DNA from: Chloroflexota bacterium
GTDB lineage: Bacteria; Chloroflexota; Dehalococcoidia; Lucifugimonadales; JACPQL01
Assembly (NCBI GenBank): GCA_016190445.1
Contig: JACPQL010000041.1
Span: 215 to 64,214 of the forward strand
Direction: 5' to 3'
Length of the DNA: 64,000 bases
The notes below the pieces were generated by a model, which was not told where the DNA came from, made no database searches, and saw only the letters and a program-made list of their open reading frames with translations. The translations under genes were made by a program, and so were the position numbers. How positions within the stretch are numbered: position 1 is the first letter of the stretch; each line of letters opens with the position of its first letter. This document shows positions 9,414 to 18,050 of this stretch, in pieces.

Positions 9414-9772
9414 CCCTGTGCCTTGTCTCTGAAATGCGCCCATTACAGAGCCTTGAACGGTGAGCTAAACATATGCGCTGTCATTCTGAGGAGTCCTTCC
9501 GGGGAAGGACGACGAAGAATCTGGGGCGAGGCTGTCCCCAATCCCGCCAGATTCTTCGCTTCGCTCAGAATGACACCCATCAATCCCGGCTGACCGCTGG
9601 AAACGTTTACATGGCTATGCATGACTCAGTAATTGTCTTTGCAAGCCCCCCGATGGCATCGGGCACCACAGAGGATGATAGCGACTAATTGTACCCCTTC
9701 CCCCTCCAGGGGGAGGGTTGGGATGGGGGTGGACCCCCACCTCAATCCTTCCCCGCGGACGGGGGAGGAAGT
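9414..9772. repeat. Stack of nested palindromic repeats between pilMN and the pilin
   Basis: TGTCATTCTGAG...CTCAGAATGACA palindrome (~9479-9574) inside IS-end-like flanks, followed by a CCCCCTCCAGGGGGAGGGTTGGGATGGGGGT-type palindrome. Confidence 0.7.
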
Positions 9773-9823
9773 GGTCAGCCCTGCCATGTTCATGACAATG
9801 ACACCCCCAGGAGCAAAAACAGA

Positions 9824-9847
9824 AGGGCCCCGACTTGTCGGGGCCCT
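9824..9847 (-). terminator. Probable rho-independent terminator of the pilin gene
   Basis: Stem AGGGCCCCGAC/GTCGGGGCCCT with an A-run on its + strand 5' side (U-tract on the minus strand). Confidence 0.7.
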
Positions 9848-9880
9848 CCCTGCCGGCCAGAGGCTGCCTGCGCTACAGCA

Positions 9881-10378
9881 CTACGGGTTCTGTTGCGTGC
9901 CGGCAGTATTGTACTGGATCACCGTGCCGTTGGCATCCACCGTGTAGCAGTACGTGGTGCTCGCCGACGATAGATAGTTCACAATCGTCGTGGACGAGGA
10001 GGTATCTCCTGTGATGTCGTGGCCGTACAGAAGGTACCCTAGCTTGTCAGGCGACACCCACGTCCCGCCCAGTTGCGTCTGCTTTGATGCCAAGGAGGAT
10101 GTGCTGTCTGGGAAAGCACCCATGTTCTGGGTGCCGGTGGTGCAGGGGGCAGTGTTGGCCGACACCGGGACTGGGATACTTGAGAGGATGTTGTCCACCA
10201 TCATGGCGGCGGTGGCGTTCCTCACGTTCTCGTACTCGGTGTTCATGGCCTCGGTGCCTGCCCGGCCCAAGACGCGGCCCAGGTTGGGGATGATGACCGC
10301 GGCAAGGATGCCCAGAATGGCCACCACGATGAGCAGCTCAATCAGGGTGAACCCCTGCTCCCCTCTCTTTCTTAACAT
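9881..10378 (-). CDS. Type IV prepilin (probable major pilin)
   Basis: MLRKRGEQG^FTLIELLIVVAILGILAAVIIP class III signal; two Cys; strong AGGAGGT SD before ATG 10378; own terminator. Confidence 0.92.
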   Translation of the reverse strand: MLRKRGEQGFTLIELLIVVAILGILAAVIIPNLGRVLGRAGTEAMNTEYENVRNATAAMMVDNILSSIPVPVSANTAPCTTGTQNMGAFPDSTSSLASKQTQLGGTWVSPDKLGYLLYGHDITGDTSSSTTIVNYLSSASTTYCYTVDANGTVIQYNTAGTQQNP

Positions 10379-10449
10379 AGTAGTCCCACCTCCTAAACGA
10401 GACTTGTGCCCGTAGCCTCCCACTGTAGGGTGACGTGTGGGGGCTTGCA

Positions 10450-10488
10450 TCACCCAAACGGGTGATTCTCCCTCACCCGACTGGGTGA
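10450..10488. promoter_or_regulatory. Tandem palindromic operator-like sites TCACCC-N4-GGGTGA upstream of the pilin
   Basis: Perfect copies at 10450-10465 and 10473-10488; imperfect copy at 10418-10433. Confidence 0.6.
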
Positions 10489-10527
10489 TTCGGACGGATT
10501 GCGGGCCGCGCCGCCTTCGGGTGGCAC

Positions 10528-10628
10528 CTAGTGTGGTGTCTCGTATATGACCTTACAACGGGCGACCTCACGATGCGCTGGCGGCGAAGCCGATTGATTG
10601 TCAATCTGTTTGAGAGACACTACACTAG
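10528..10628. mobile_element. 101-bp MITE-like element bounded by CTAG
   Basis: CTAGTGTGGTGTCTC ... GAGACACTACACTAG (14/15 inverted match); no coding capacity. Confidence 0.75.
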
Positions 10629-10662
10629 TAGGGTGGGTGTAGCGCAGCGGAACCCACCCTAC
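10628..10662. repeat. GTAG-type REP palindrome
   Basis: GTAGGGTGGGTGTAGCGCAGCGGAACCCACCCTAC; near-identical inverted copy at ~47157-47187. Confidence 0.7.
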
Positions 10663-10708
10663 GGCTTTCCTGGATACCGGCGGAAGCCGGTATGACATTG
10701 ACAGGATA

Positions 10709-11941
10709 CTACCGCCGGTCCAGGTACACCTGGCCGTCCTTCATCACCAGCCGGACGCTCTTCCCGCGCTCCAGGGTGCTGATGTCCTTCAGCGGGTCGC
10801 CCTCCACCAGTACAAGGTCAGCCTTCTTCCCCGGCGCCACGGTCCCGATGTCGGCCTCCAGGCCAAGGCACTGGGCCGCATGGCCGGTGGCCGCCACTAT
10901 CGCCTGGGCCGGGGTCATGCCACTGCCGACAAGGCAGGTCAGCTCCTGGGCGTTGTTGCCGTGCACCCATCCCCCCGCGTCGGTGCCCGCCACCACCTTC
11001 ACTCCCGCCCGCAGGGCCAGGCGCAGGCTCTCCACATGGTGGCGCCTCAGGTCTGCGGCACGCTCCCTGCCATGGGGCGTCCCCCTCTCGCCGTGATAGA
11101 TATAGACGCTGAACGTGGGGACGAAGAATATGCTCTTCCTTGCCATCATGTCCAGGAGGTCGGGGTCCTCGTCCATGTATGACCCGTGCTCGATGGAGTC
11201 CACCCCTGCCTCTATGGCCGCTCGAAGCCCAGGCCCACCCAGGGCATGGCACATCGCTCTTCTTCCCAGGCCGTGGGCCTCGTCCACCAGCGCCTCGATC
11301 TCCTCACGGCTGATAAGCATGTCTTTTGGGCCGAACCCGCGCCTGGAGGCGGCCCCCCCGGTGACGGCGAACTTGATGACGTCGGCGCCGGCCCGGACCA
11401 TCTCGCGCACCTTGAGGCGCATGCCCTCCGGCCCGTTGGCCACACCTGAAGGCAGGCTAGGGTCCGGGGGCACTGGGCTGCCGTGGCCGGAAGGGCTTAC
11501 AGTGTCCCCGATCCCACCTGTAGGCGAGATGATGCTCAGCGAGACGTGGAGCCGGGGCCCGGGGACCAGTCCCTCCTGCACCGCCTGCTTGAACCCGGCA
11601 TCCAACCCGCCGGCATCCCGGACCGCTGTGTAGCCCGTCTCCAGGGTCTGCCCCAGGACGGCGGCGATTCGCATATGCCGCAGGCTGCGTGGCTCAGTCA
11701 CGCCCCACCGGCTGGCAAACTCGTACCCGAAGAAGGCCAGATGGTCGTGGCAGTCTATGAGGCCGGGGAGAAGGGTCATGCCCGAGGCATCTATCACCTC
11801 GGCGCCGGGAGGCCACGACTCGCCAGGGCTGGCGGCGGGCCCGGCCGCCTGGACACGGTCGCCTGCAACCACGACGATAGCGTTCTGGACGGGGGGACGG
11901 CCTGTGCCGTCTACCAGAGTAGCGCCCTTGAACACCTTCAT
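10709..11941 (-). CDS. Amidohydrolase family protein (metal-dependent, prolidase-like)
   Basis: LPGLIDCHDH, GADVIKF, MCHA, SIEHG, AGTDAG and GKKADLVLV motifs. Confidence 0.9.
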   Translation of the reverse strand: MKVFKGATLVDGTGRPPVQNAIVVVAGDRVQAAGPAASPGESWPPGAEVIDASGMTLLPGLIDCHDHLAFFGYEFASRWGVTEPRSLRHMRIAAVLGQTLETGYTAVRDAGGLDAGFKQAVQEGLVPGPRLHVSLSIISPTGGIGDTVSPSGHGSPVPPDPSLPSGVANGPEGMRLKVREMVRAGADVIKFAVTGGAASRRGFGPKDMLISREEIEALVDEAHGLGRRAMCHALGGPGLRAAIEAGVDSIEHGSYMDEDPDLLDMMARKSIFFVPTFSVYIYHGERGTPHGRERAADLRRHHVESLRLALRAGVKVVAGTDAGGWVHGNNAQELTCLVGSGMTPAQAIVAATGHAAQCLGLEADIGTVAPGKKADLVLVEGDPLKDISTLERGKSVRLVMKDGQVYLDRR

Positions 11942-12092
11942 GGGCTCAGCCTCCCTGCGGTCTGAGGACGGAGGGACACCCGCACCCGCTTTTCAGAGTA
12001 ACTGCTCAAGCTCTCCAGACCGGAGGCTAGCCTCATGCCGTTTTCCGGAAACCAGCAATGACACCCGCTTACAGAAAAGGGTGTCATAGTCA

Positions 12093-12241
12093 ACCGCTCG
12101 TGGTGAGCCTGTCGAACCACGAGCCCTTGCTTCTTTCCTGCTCACCCTTCGACAGGCTCAGGGTGAGCGGGCACATCCCCCCGTGCATGGTGAGCCTGTC
12201 GAACCACGAGCCCGCCCTTCGGCTGCGCTCAGGGCAAGCGG
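12093..12241. repeat. Tandem REP-like palindromes (GTGAGCCTGTCGAACCAC / CCCTTCGACAGGCTCAGG family)
   Basis: Two arm pairs here; further copies at ~42364-42396, ~46962-47050 and a degenerate one at ~62470-62497. Confidence 0.8.
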
Positions 12242-12324
12242 CAGAAGACCCCGGAATCTGCCGCCGAGCAAGTTTGTTCCCCGCATGTACGACTCAGGAC
12301 GCTGGGCGGTCCCGAAGCAGACCC

Positions 12325-12993
12325 CTATCGCTCCGGGGGACGGTGGATCCCCACCGATACGGCGTAAGCGGCTGCCTGGCTGCGGTTGGCCAGGTGGAGC
12401 TTGTCCATGATGTTGCGGAGGTGGGTCTTGACCGTGTTTTCGGTGATCACCAGGGTGGTGGCGATCTCGCTATTGGTGGCCCCCCGGGCTATCAGTTGCA
12501 GCACCTCCATCTCACGGGGGCTCACGCCCTCAATGCGCGTTTCAGTCTGGCCCTCAACTACATGAGGCTGGTGGGTGAGGTCGGTGAGCAGCTTGGTGGC
12601 CATGGCGGGGGAGACGATTACGCCCCCCTCAGCGATGTGCCGGACGGCCCGCACCAGCTCCTCGGAGCCTGAGTTCTTCAGGATGTAGCCGCGGGCGCCG
12701 TAACGGATGGCGGCAAAGAGGTCAGCCTCGCTCTCCGAGACGGTGAACACCAGCACCTGGACGCTGGGCAGCTCGGTACGGATGACGGACGTGGCCTCCA
12801 GACCTCCCATGCCGGGCATCTGGAGGTCCATGATGACCACGTTGGGGAGAAGGGCACGCACCTTCTCCACAGCCTCCACTCCATTGGTGGCCTGGCCCAC
12901 CACCTCCAGGCCCTCCTCATCGGAGAGCATCTCCACCACTCCCCTGCGCAGGAGGCCGTGGTCATCCGCCACCAGGACCTTTACGCGCTCCAC
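12325..12993 (-). CDS. NarL/LuxR-family response regulator
   Basis: VLVADDH, VIMDLQMPGMGG, and HTH SPREMEVLQLIARGATNSEIA...TVKTH; GTG start overlaps the kinase stop. Confidence 0.93.
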   Translation of the reverse strand: MERVKVLVADDHGLLRRGVVEMLSDEEGLEVVGQATNGVEAVEKVRALLPNVVIMDLQMPGMGGLEATSVIRTELPSVQVLVFTVSESEADLFAAIRYGARGYILKNSGSEELVRAVRHIAEGGVIVSPAMATKLLTDLTHQPHVVEGQTETRIEGVSPREMEVLQLIARGATNSEIATTLVITENTVKTHLRNIMDKLHLANRSQAAAYAVSVGIHRPPER

Positions 12994-14231
12994 AGCACAC
13001 CCCCGGCCCTTTCCCTGGGCACAAACACACGCACCTCCGTGCCTTCCCCAGGGGTAGAGTGAATAGAAAGAGTGCCGCCCAGACCCTCTGCCCGCTCCTT
13101 CATGATGGAGAGGCCATGGTGGCCAGTGTCCCCATTCGCGGACTGAGACGATGGTATGAACCCCCGGCCATCGTCCTTGATCCTCAGCTCGGCCCCGCCG
13201 GGGACGCCTATCCATGTGACACACACATTTGTGGCCTGGGCATGCTTGCGGATATTGGAGAGGGCCTCCTGGGCGACGCGCAGGACTTGAAGCTCAGCGA
13301 CAGGAGAGAGCCGCGGGGTAGGCTCTTGGGTCTCCAGCCGGGCCTGAATGTTGTTTCCTGCCTGGAAGTGGTGCAGGTACTCTTCCAGGGCCTCCTTTAG
13401 GGAGAGGGTGCCGACCTCGACGCTCAACTGGTCCAGGGACTCGCGGACGGACTTGTACGTCTCGCTCACCGCCTGGCGCACCTCCACCATCCCCTTAGTG
13501 GCCTGCGGTACCAGGCCCTGGGCAACCAGCTTGCTCACTGTGTCCGCCTTCATGGAGAGGTAGCTCAGGGCCTGGGCAACCCCGTCGTGGATCTCCCGCC
13601 GCATGCGTCTTCGCTCTTCGACGATGGCGCCCCGTTGAATACGCTGGCTGATGTTCAAGTTGGTGCGGTAGACGGAGGTGGCGACCAGGAAGCTGGCGAT
13701 GATGTAGAAGATGAGCCACAGGAGATAGTTGCCCTCCATGATCCAGACGAACTGGTCTGTCCACCGATTGGCAATCCCGTGGGCCACAACCAGAGCCGTG
13801 GAGCAGAACCCCGCAGCCAGGAGGGCGAGTCTCTCCTCGAAAAGAAGGGCCGCTGTGATCACGGGTATGAAAGAGTAGAGAAGAAAACCGCTGGTGAGGC
13901 CGCCTGTTAGAAGCAAGGCTATCAGTGCCACCACCAGGTCGCCGCCCAGGACTACGTAGGTAATCAGGTCCCTCTGCCACCAGCGCAGCGGGCCCAGGCC
14001 TTTCACCAGGGTGTAGACCCCCATCGTTGCCAGCAGAAGGTACGTTTGAAGTCCAAGCTCGGTGGCTTCGCCGGGCAGGGCCTGGATGAGGACTACCGCC
14101 AGGGAGTACGCAAAAAAGCGGTACAGTGACAGAAAAAGATAAATGTCCCTTTCGTACTTCGTCCTCATGGTCGGCTTTACATTAGACTCGACCTGAATGC
14201 ATGTCAAGGTGTCCACGATGGCCACTCCCAT
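12981..14231 (-). CDS. Membrane sensor histidine kinase, HisKA_3 (NarX/DesK-like); start may be 14168
   Basis: About 5-6 TM helices, EERRRMRREIHDGVAQ, QEALSNIRKHA, DDGRGF, HGLSIMKERA. Confidence 0.92.
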   Translation of the reverse strand: MGVAIVDTLTCIQVESNVKPTMRTKYERDIYLFLSLYRFFAYSLAVVLIQALPGEATELGLQTYLLLATMGVYTLVKGLGPLRWWQRDLITYVVLGGDLVVALIALLLTGGLTSGFLLYSFIPVITAALLFEERLALLAAGFCSTALVVAHGIANRWTDQFVWIMEGNYLLWLIFYIIASFLVATSVYRTNLNISQRIQRGAIVEERRRMRREIHDGVAQALSYLSMKADTVSKLVAQGLVPQATKGMVEVRQAVSETYKSVRESLDQLSVEVGTLSLKEALEEYLHHFQAGNNIQARLETQEPTPRLSPVAELQVLRVAQEALSNIRKHAQATNVCVTWIGVPGGAELRIKDDGRGFIPSSQSANGDTGHHGLSIMKERAEGLGGTLSIHSTPGEGTEVRVFVPRERAGGVLWSA

Positions 14232-14279
14232 AACCGGCGAGCATGTTCTTTTGCACCGGAATGGCTTGTAGTAGCATCG

Positions 14280-15359
14280 CTAGCTGAACTTGAAGATACG
14301 CACGGCCACCACCGAGGTCACCACAATCCAGGCGCCCAGGAGACCCAACTCCATGGGGAACTCCCACAGGGGCATGGCGTCCAGGGCCACCCCCCGCATG
14401 GCATCCAGCATGGGCGTGAGGGGCAGATACGTCACCACTGTGGCCAGAAAGCGCGGCAGGTTCTCCGTGGGGAAGAAGACCCCAGAGAAGAACATCATAG
14501 GCACTGTCACCGCGTTGCCCAGCCCGCTGGCGGCGTTGACGTTCTTGGCGATGGTGCCCACGATGAAGCCAAGGTTCAGGAAGATGATGTTGCCCAGCAG
14601 GACCAGCAGGGCAATGTACAGGTAGTTGCCGTAGATCGTGCCGCCAAAGAGGAATACCCCCGCCGCCAGGATGATGGCCGCCTGGGCCAGGGAGAGGGCC
14701 AGGTGGGCCAGTATTACGGCAGCAAAGAAGGTGCGCACCCGCAGCGGCGTGGCCAGGATGCGTTTCAGTATCTTCTGCTCGCGGTACACGGCCATCACCG
14801 AGGCCAGGCCGATGACGGAGTATGTCATGACCCCCATGCCCACGAAGCCTGGCAGAAGGAAGTCAAAGTAGCTCAGGTGGCGGGCCGAAACCCCTCTGGC
14901 GTCCAGCTTCAGAAGCGGGTCAACCTTCACCAACTCCATGTTGGCCTTGTCCAGAAAGCGCTGCACCACACCGATGACCACCGCCGAGGTGGGAGTACCC
15001 TCGTCATAGATGAAGTTGACGGCGACGGGAGAGTTGGCCGCCACCGACCTGGCGAGCCCCTCAGGCAGGATGAGCAGGTACCGGAGGGTTCCCTCTCTCA
15101 GTTCATCACGGGCCTTCTCCTCGTCCGGGTGCTCATACACATTAAACGTCTCGATCTGACTCAGGCTGCGTACCAACTCGCGGGAGAGGTCATCCTGGGA
15201 GCGGTCAATGATTGCGATGGTGGTGGTGGGTGGCTCATCCAGTCTGAACAGGCCGAAGACCACCACGAAGATGAGAGGGAAGAACAGTGCCCAGAAGAGG
15301 GCCTGTCGGTTGCGGAATATCATCTTCAGGTTGGCCAGCACCAGTGTTCCCAGCAGCAT
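14280..15359 (-). CDS. ABC-2 type exporter permease
   Basis: N-terminal TM, extracellular domain, YFDFLLPG, REQKILKRILATP, FFSGVFFP. Confidence 0.9.
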   Translation of the reverse strand: MLLGTLVLANLKMIFRNRQALFWALFFPLIFVVVFGLFRLDEPPTTTIAIIDRSQDDLSRELVRSLSQIETFNVYEHPDEEKARDELREGTLRYLLILPEGLARSVAANSPVAVNFIYDEGTPTSAVVIGVVQRFLDKANMELVKVDPLLKLDARGVSARHLSYFDFLLPGFVGMGVMTYSVIGLASVMAVYREQKILKRILATPLRVRTFFAAVILAHLALSLAQAAIILAAGVFLFGGTIYGNYLYIALLVLLGNIIFLNLGFIVGTIAKNVNAASGLGNAVTVPMMFFSGVFFPTENLPRFLATVVTYLPLTPMLDAMRGVALDAMPLWEFPMELGLLGAWIVVTSVVAVRIFKFS

Positions 15360-15377
15360 CAGCGTGCCCTCCCCTGG

Positions 15378-16298
15378 CTACTCCCTCAATGCCCGGCCGG
15401 TGAGGGAGAGAAAAACGTCCTCCAGGTTGGCAGGCACAACCTCCAGGTGGGCCAGTCGCACCCCGGCTTGGCTGGCCCAGCCGAGCAGCGCAGGTAGCGT
15501 CCGGGCGGCGTCTGATGAGCGTAGAAGGAAGGTGCCATCCTCCTGGTGACGCACTCCCACCACACAGTCCAGCGCCTCAAGCCTGCCATCGTGGGCCTTA
15601 CCATCAACAAGTGCCTTGATCTCATAGGGCGCGGGCAGGGCGCGAATGAGGTTGGTGGGCGTGTCCAGGGCCACCACCTTGCCCCGGTCCATTATGGCGA
15701 CCCGGTTGCAGAGGAACTGGGCCTCCTCCATGTAGTGAGTGGTCAACACCACAGTGCGCCCCTCCTGGTGGATGCTCTGGATGAACTCCCACAGGTGGCG
15801 CCGCGCCTGGGGGTCCAGGCCGGTGGTGGGCTCGTCCAGAAAGACCACCTCCGGAGCATTGACCAAGGTGGCGGCTATGGTGAAGCGCTGTTTCTGACCG
15901 CCAGACAGCTTTCCCACGGTGGTATTGGCCTTCTCCTTCAGGTCCACCTTGGTCAGCAGTTCGTCGGCGCTCACATACTTCCCATAGAAGCGGCCAAAAA
16001 GCTGGAGGATCTCTTTCAGTGTCAGGTAATCGAAATAGGCCGATGCCTGAAGCTGGACGCCGATGCGCTCCTTGACTCTATCGGGCTCTCGCTGGGTGTC
16101 CATGCCAAGGACCAGGGTCCTGCCGGCAGAGGGCTTCAGCAGGCCCTCAATGCACTCCATGATTGTGGTCTTCCCGGCACCGTTGGGCCCCAGGATGCCA
16201 AAGACCTCTCCCTTGCGAACGGAAAAAGAGACGCCGTCCACTGCGGTGACGGCGCCGAAGTGTTTGCCCAACGCTTCGACTACAATGACCTCTTCCAT
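15378..16298 (-). CDS. ABC transporter ATP-binding protein
   Basis: GPNGAGKTT, LSGGQKQR, FLDEPTTGLD, LTTHYMEEA. Confidence 0.95.
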   Translation of the reverse strand: MEEVIVVEALGKHFGAVTAVDGVSFSVRKGEVFGILGPNGAGKTTIMECIEGLLKPSAGRTLVLGMDTQREPDRVKERIGVQLQASAYFDYLTLKEILQLFGRFYGKYVSADELLTKVDLKEKANTTVGKLSGGQKQRFTIAATLVNAPEVVFLDEPTTGLDPQARRHLWEFIQSIHQEGRTVVLTTHYMEEAQFLCNRVAIMDRGKVVALDTPTNLIRALPAPYEIKALVDGKAHDGRLEALDCVVGVRHQEDGTFLLRSSDAARTLPALLGWASQAGVRLAHLEVVPANLEDVFLSLTGRALRE

Positions 16299-16325
16299 GG
16301 CGTCAGCGGTCTCCGTTCCCCTCTC

Positions 16326-16529
16326 CAGTCCTGAAATGCGCGTACGAGATTGTCATTGCGAGGAGTCCCGACTTGTCGGGGCAACGAAGTCCCAATTCCT
16401 CCGATTCCATCGAGAGTCCCCGACGGGGTCGGGACATCGGGAGAGGGAGGCCCCCGCCGCCAGATTGCCACGCCCCGATTGCATCGGGGCTCGCAACGAC
16501 ATTGTGGCAAACTTCGGGCACCACACTAG
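16326..16529. repeat. Palindromic repeat module with CTAG end
   Basis: TGTCATTGCGAG ... CTCGCAACGACA arms, internal CCCGACTTGTCGGG, and right end GGGCACCACACTAG matching 5496 onward in inverted orientation. Confidence 0.7.
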
Positions 16530-16705
16530 CGGCCCCGTGTCAACAATACGCCCATGGCGGGAACGGCCACTATGATGGCCAGCCCGATGGCTATGGTGCC
16601 TATCCGGCCCACGGAGGTGAACAGCAACCCCAGCCCGCCCATCATCACCCCCACAGCCAGCAGCACCGCCACGGGAAGAAGAATGGGTAGCAGCACCCGC
16701 TCCAT
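16526..16705 (-). CDS. Small two-TM membrane protein (59 aa), divergent from the cox operon
   Basis: Read manually: MERVLLPILLPVAVLLAVGVMMGGLGLLFTSVGRIGTIAIGLAIIVAVPAMGVLLTRGR; AGGAGG SD and a TATAAT upstream (~16775); below the ORF-track length cutoff. Confidence 0.7.
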   Translation of the reverse strand: MERVLLPILLPVAVLLAVGVMMGGLGLLFTSVGRIGTIAIGLAIIVAVPAMGVLLTRGR

Positions 16706-16952
16706 TGGCCAGTCCTCCTGGGACTCCCATCACCGGACCGTCACGTTGGCCCAGGGCGTAGCACCCGGTCGGGATTATACCAGAACCAAGCGCTGGCGCG
16801 CCTCCACTGTCACCGGCTATGATGCGGATTCACCACGTCTTGATTTTATTGCGTCGTCTTTGTATGGTGTTCGTGAAGCATGGCACTCAACGGCCTTGAT
16901 TCCCACTCTATCCTCGGATACACTCGTCTCCGGTCACCCGGTGGAGGGCGGC

Positions 16953-17963
16953 ATGCGCGTTAGCCTGGCCCAGTTCCTGGCCGCCGTCGCTGCCCTGGTG
17001 GTCCTCATCGGCCTAGTTCTGGCTGCTTGCACCCCTTCACACCCTCAGTCCACCTTTGATGCCTCGGGCCCGGTGGCGGGGATGGAGCGGAACGTCTTCT
17101 ACTGGATCTTCTGGGCGGCGGTCTTCGTCTTCGTAACTGTGGGCGGCGTCCTGGTGTACACCTTTGTGCGCTTCCGCAATGGAGAGGGCATCCCTCGTCA
17201 GGTGCACGGTAACCGTCGCCTGGAGATAGCCTGGACCTTGGCTCCGGCGGTGGTCTTGGCCGTGGTAGCGGTGCCCATGCTCCTCACTCTGTTTCGGGTC
17301 TCCAGTCCGCCGGCTGGTGAGGTGGCGGTGAACGTCAAGGTTGTAGCCCACCAGTGGTGGTGGGAGGTCCAGTACCCCGACCTGGACATCGTCACGGCCA
17401 ACGAGCTGCACATCCCGGTGGGCCGGGTGGTGGATGTGACCCTCACGTCCAACGACGTCATCCACAGCTTCTGGGTGCCCAAGCTGGGCGGGAAGATAGA
17501 CGTCATACCTACGCGGACCACCAGCATTTGGCTCAAGGCCGACAAGTCGGGGACCTACTTTGGACAGTGCGCGGAGTTCTGCGGCATATCCCACGGCAAC
17601 ATGCGCTTTCGGGTGATAGCCAAGCCCCAGGCAGAGTTCGACGCCTGGGCAGAGGCCCAGCGGGGGCCCGCGGCCCAGGTCACCGGAGAGGCGGAGAGGG
17701 GTGCGCAGTTGTTCGTCGCCAAGGGGTGCCTGGCCTGCCACACCATCCGGGGCACTTTGGCCATGGGCAAGATTGGGCCCGACCTGACGCACGTAGGAGG
17801 CCGAACCACCATAGCTGCTGGTCTGCTGGATAACACGCCAGAGGACCTGGCCAGGTGGCTGCGGGACCCCCCGGAGGTGAAGCCGGGGGCCAACATGCCC
17901 AACCTGAAGCTGAGTGGTGAGGAGGTCTCCGCCCTGGTGGCCTACCTTCAAGCGCTGAAGTAG
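16953..17963 (+). CDS. coxB: Cytochrome c oxidase subunit II with fused cytochrome c (caa3-type), lipoprotein
   Basis: Lipobox LAAC, HQWWW, DVIHSFWVP, CuA motif CAEFCGISHGNM, C-terminal CLACH heme motif. Confidence 0.95.
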   Translation: MRVSLAQFLAAVAALVVLIGLVLAACTPSHPQSTFDASGPVAGMERNVFYWIFWAAVFVFVTVGGVLVYTFVRFRNGEGIPRQVHGNRRLEIAWTLAPAVVLAVVAVPMLLTLFRVSSPPAGEVAVNVKVVAHQWWWEVQYPDLDIVTANELHIPVGRVVDVTLTSNDVIHSFWVPKLGGKIDVIPTRTTSIWLKADKSGTYFGQCAEFCGISHGNMRFRVIAKPQAEFDAWAEAQRGPAAQVTGEAERGAQLFVAKGCLACHTIRGTLAMGKIGPDLTHVGGRTTIAAGLLDNTPEDLARWLRDPPEVKPGANMPNLKLSGEEVSALVAYLQALK

Positions 17964-18050
17964 AGAGATGTGCTTAGCAGCCAGGACGCAGGCGTGTGGG
18001 CGATATAAAATTGTATTGATACGCTTCGCAGGCGGCGGAGGCGATCAGTC

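Noticed and set aside
9473-9973. Short ORFs such as MRCHSEES... and MVRQAHHER... in repeat regions
   Set aside because: They are translations of palindromic repeats, not supported genes.
16554-16952. 133-aa N-terminal extension of CoxB in the ORF track
   Set aside because: The SD and lipoprotein signal indicate a start at 16953; the region holds the divergent small gene and promoters.
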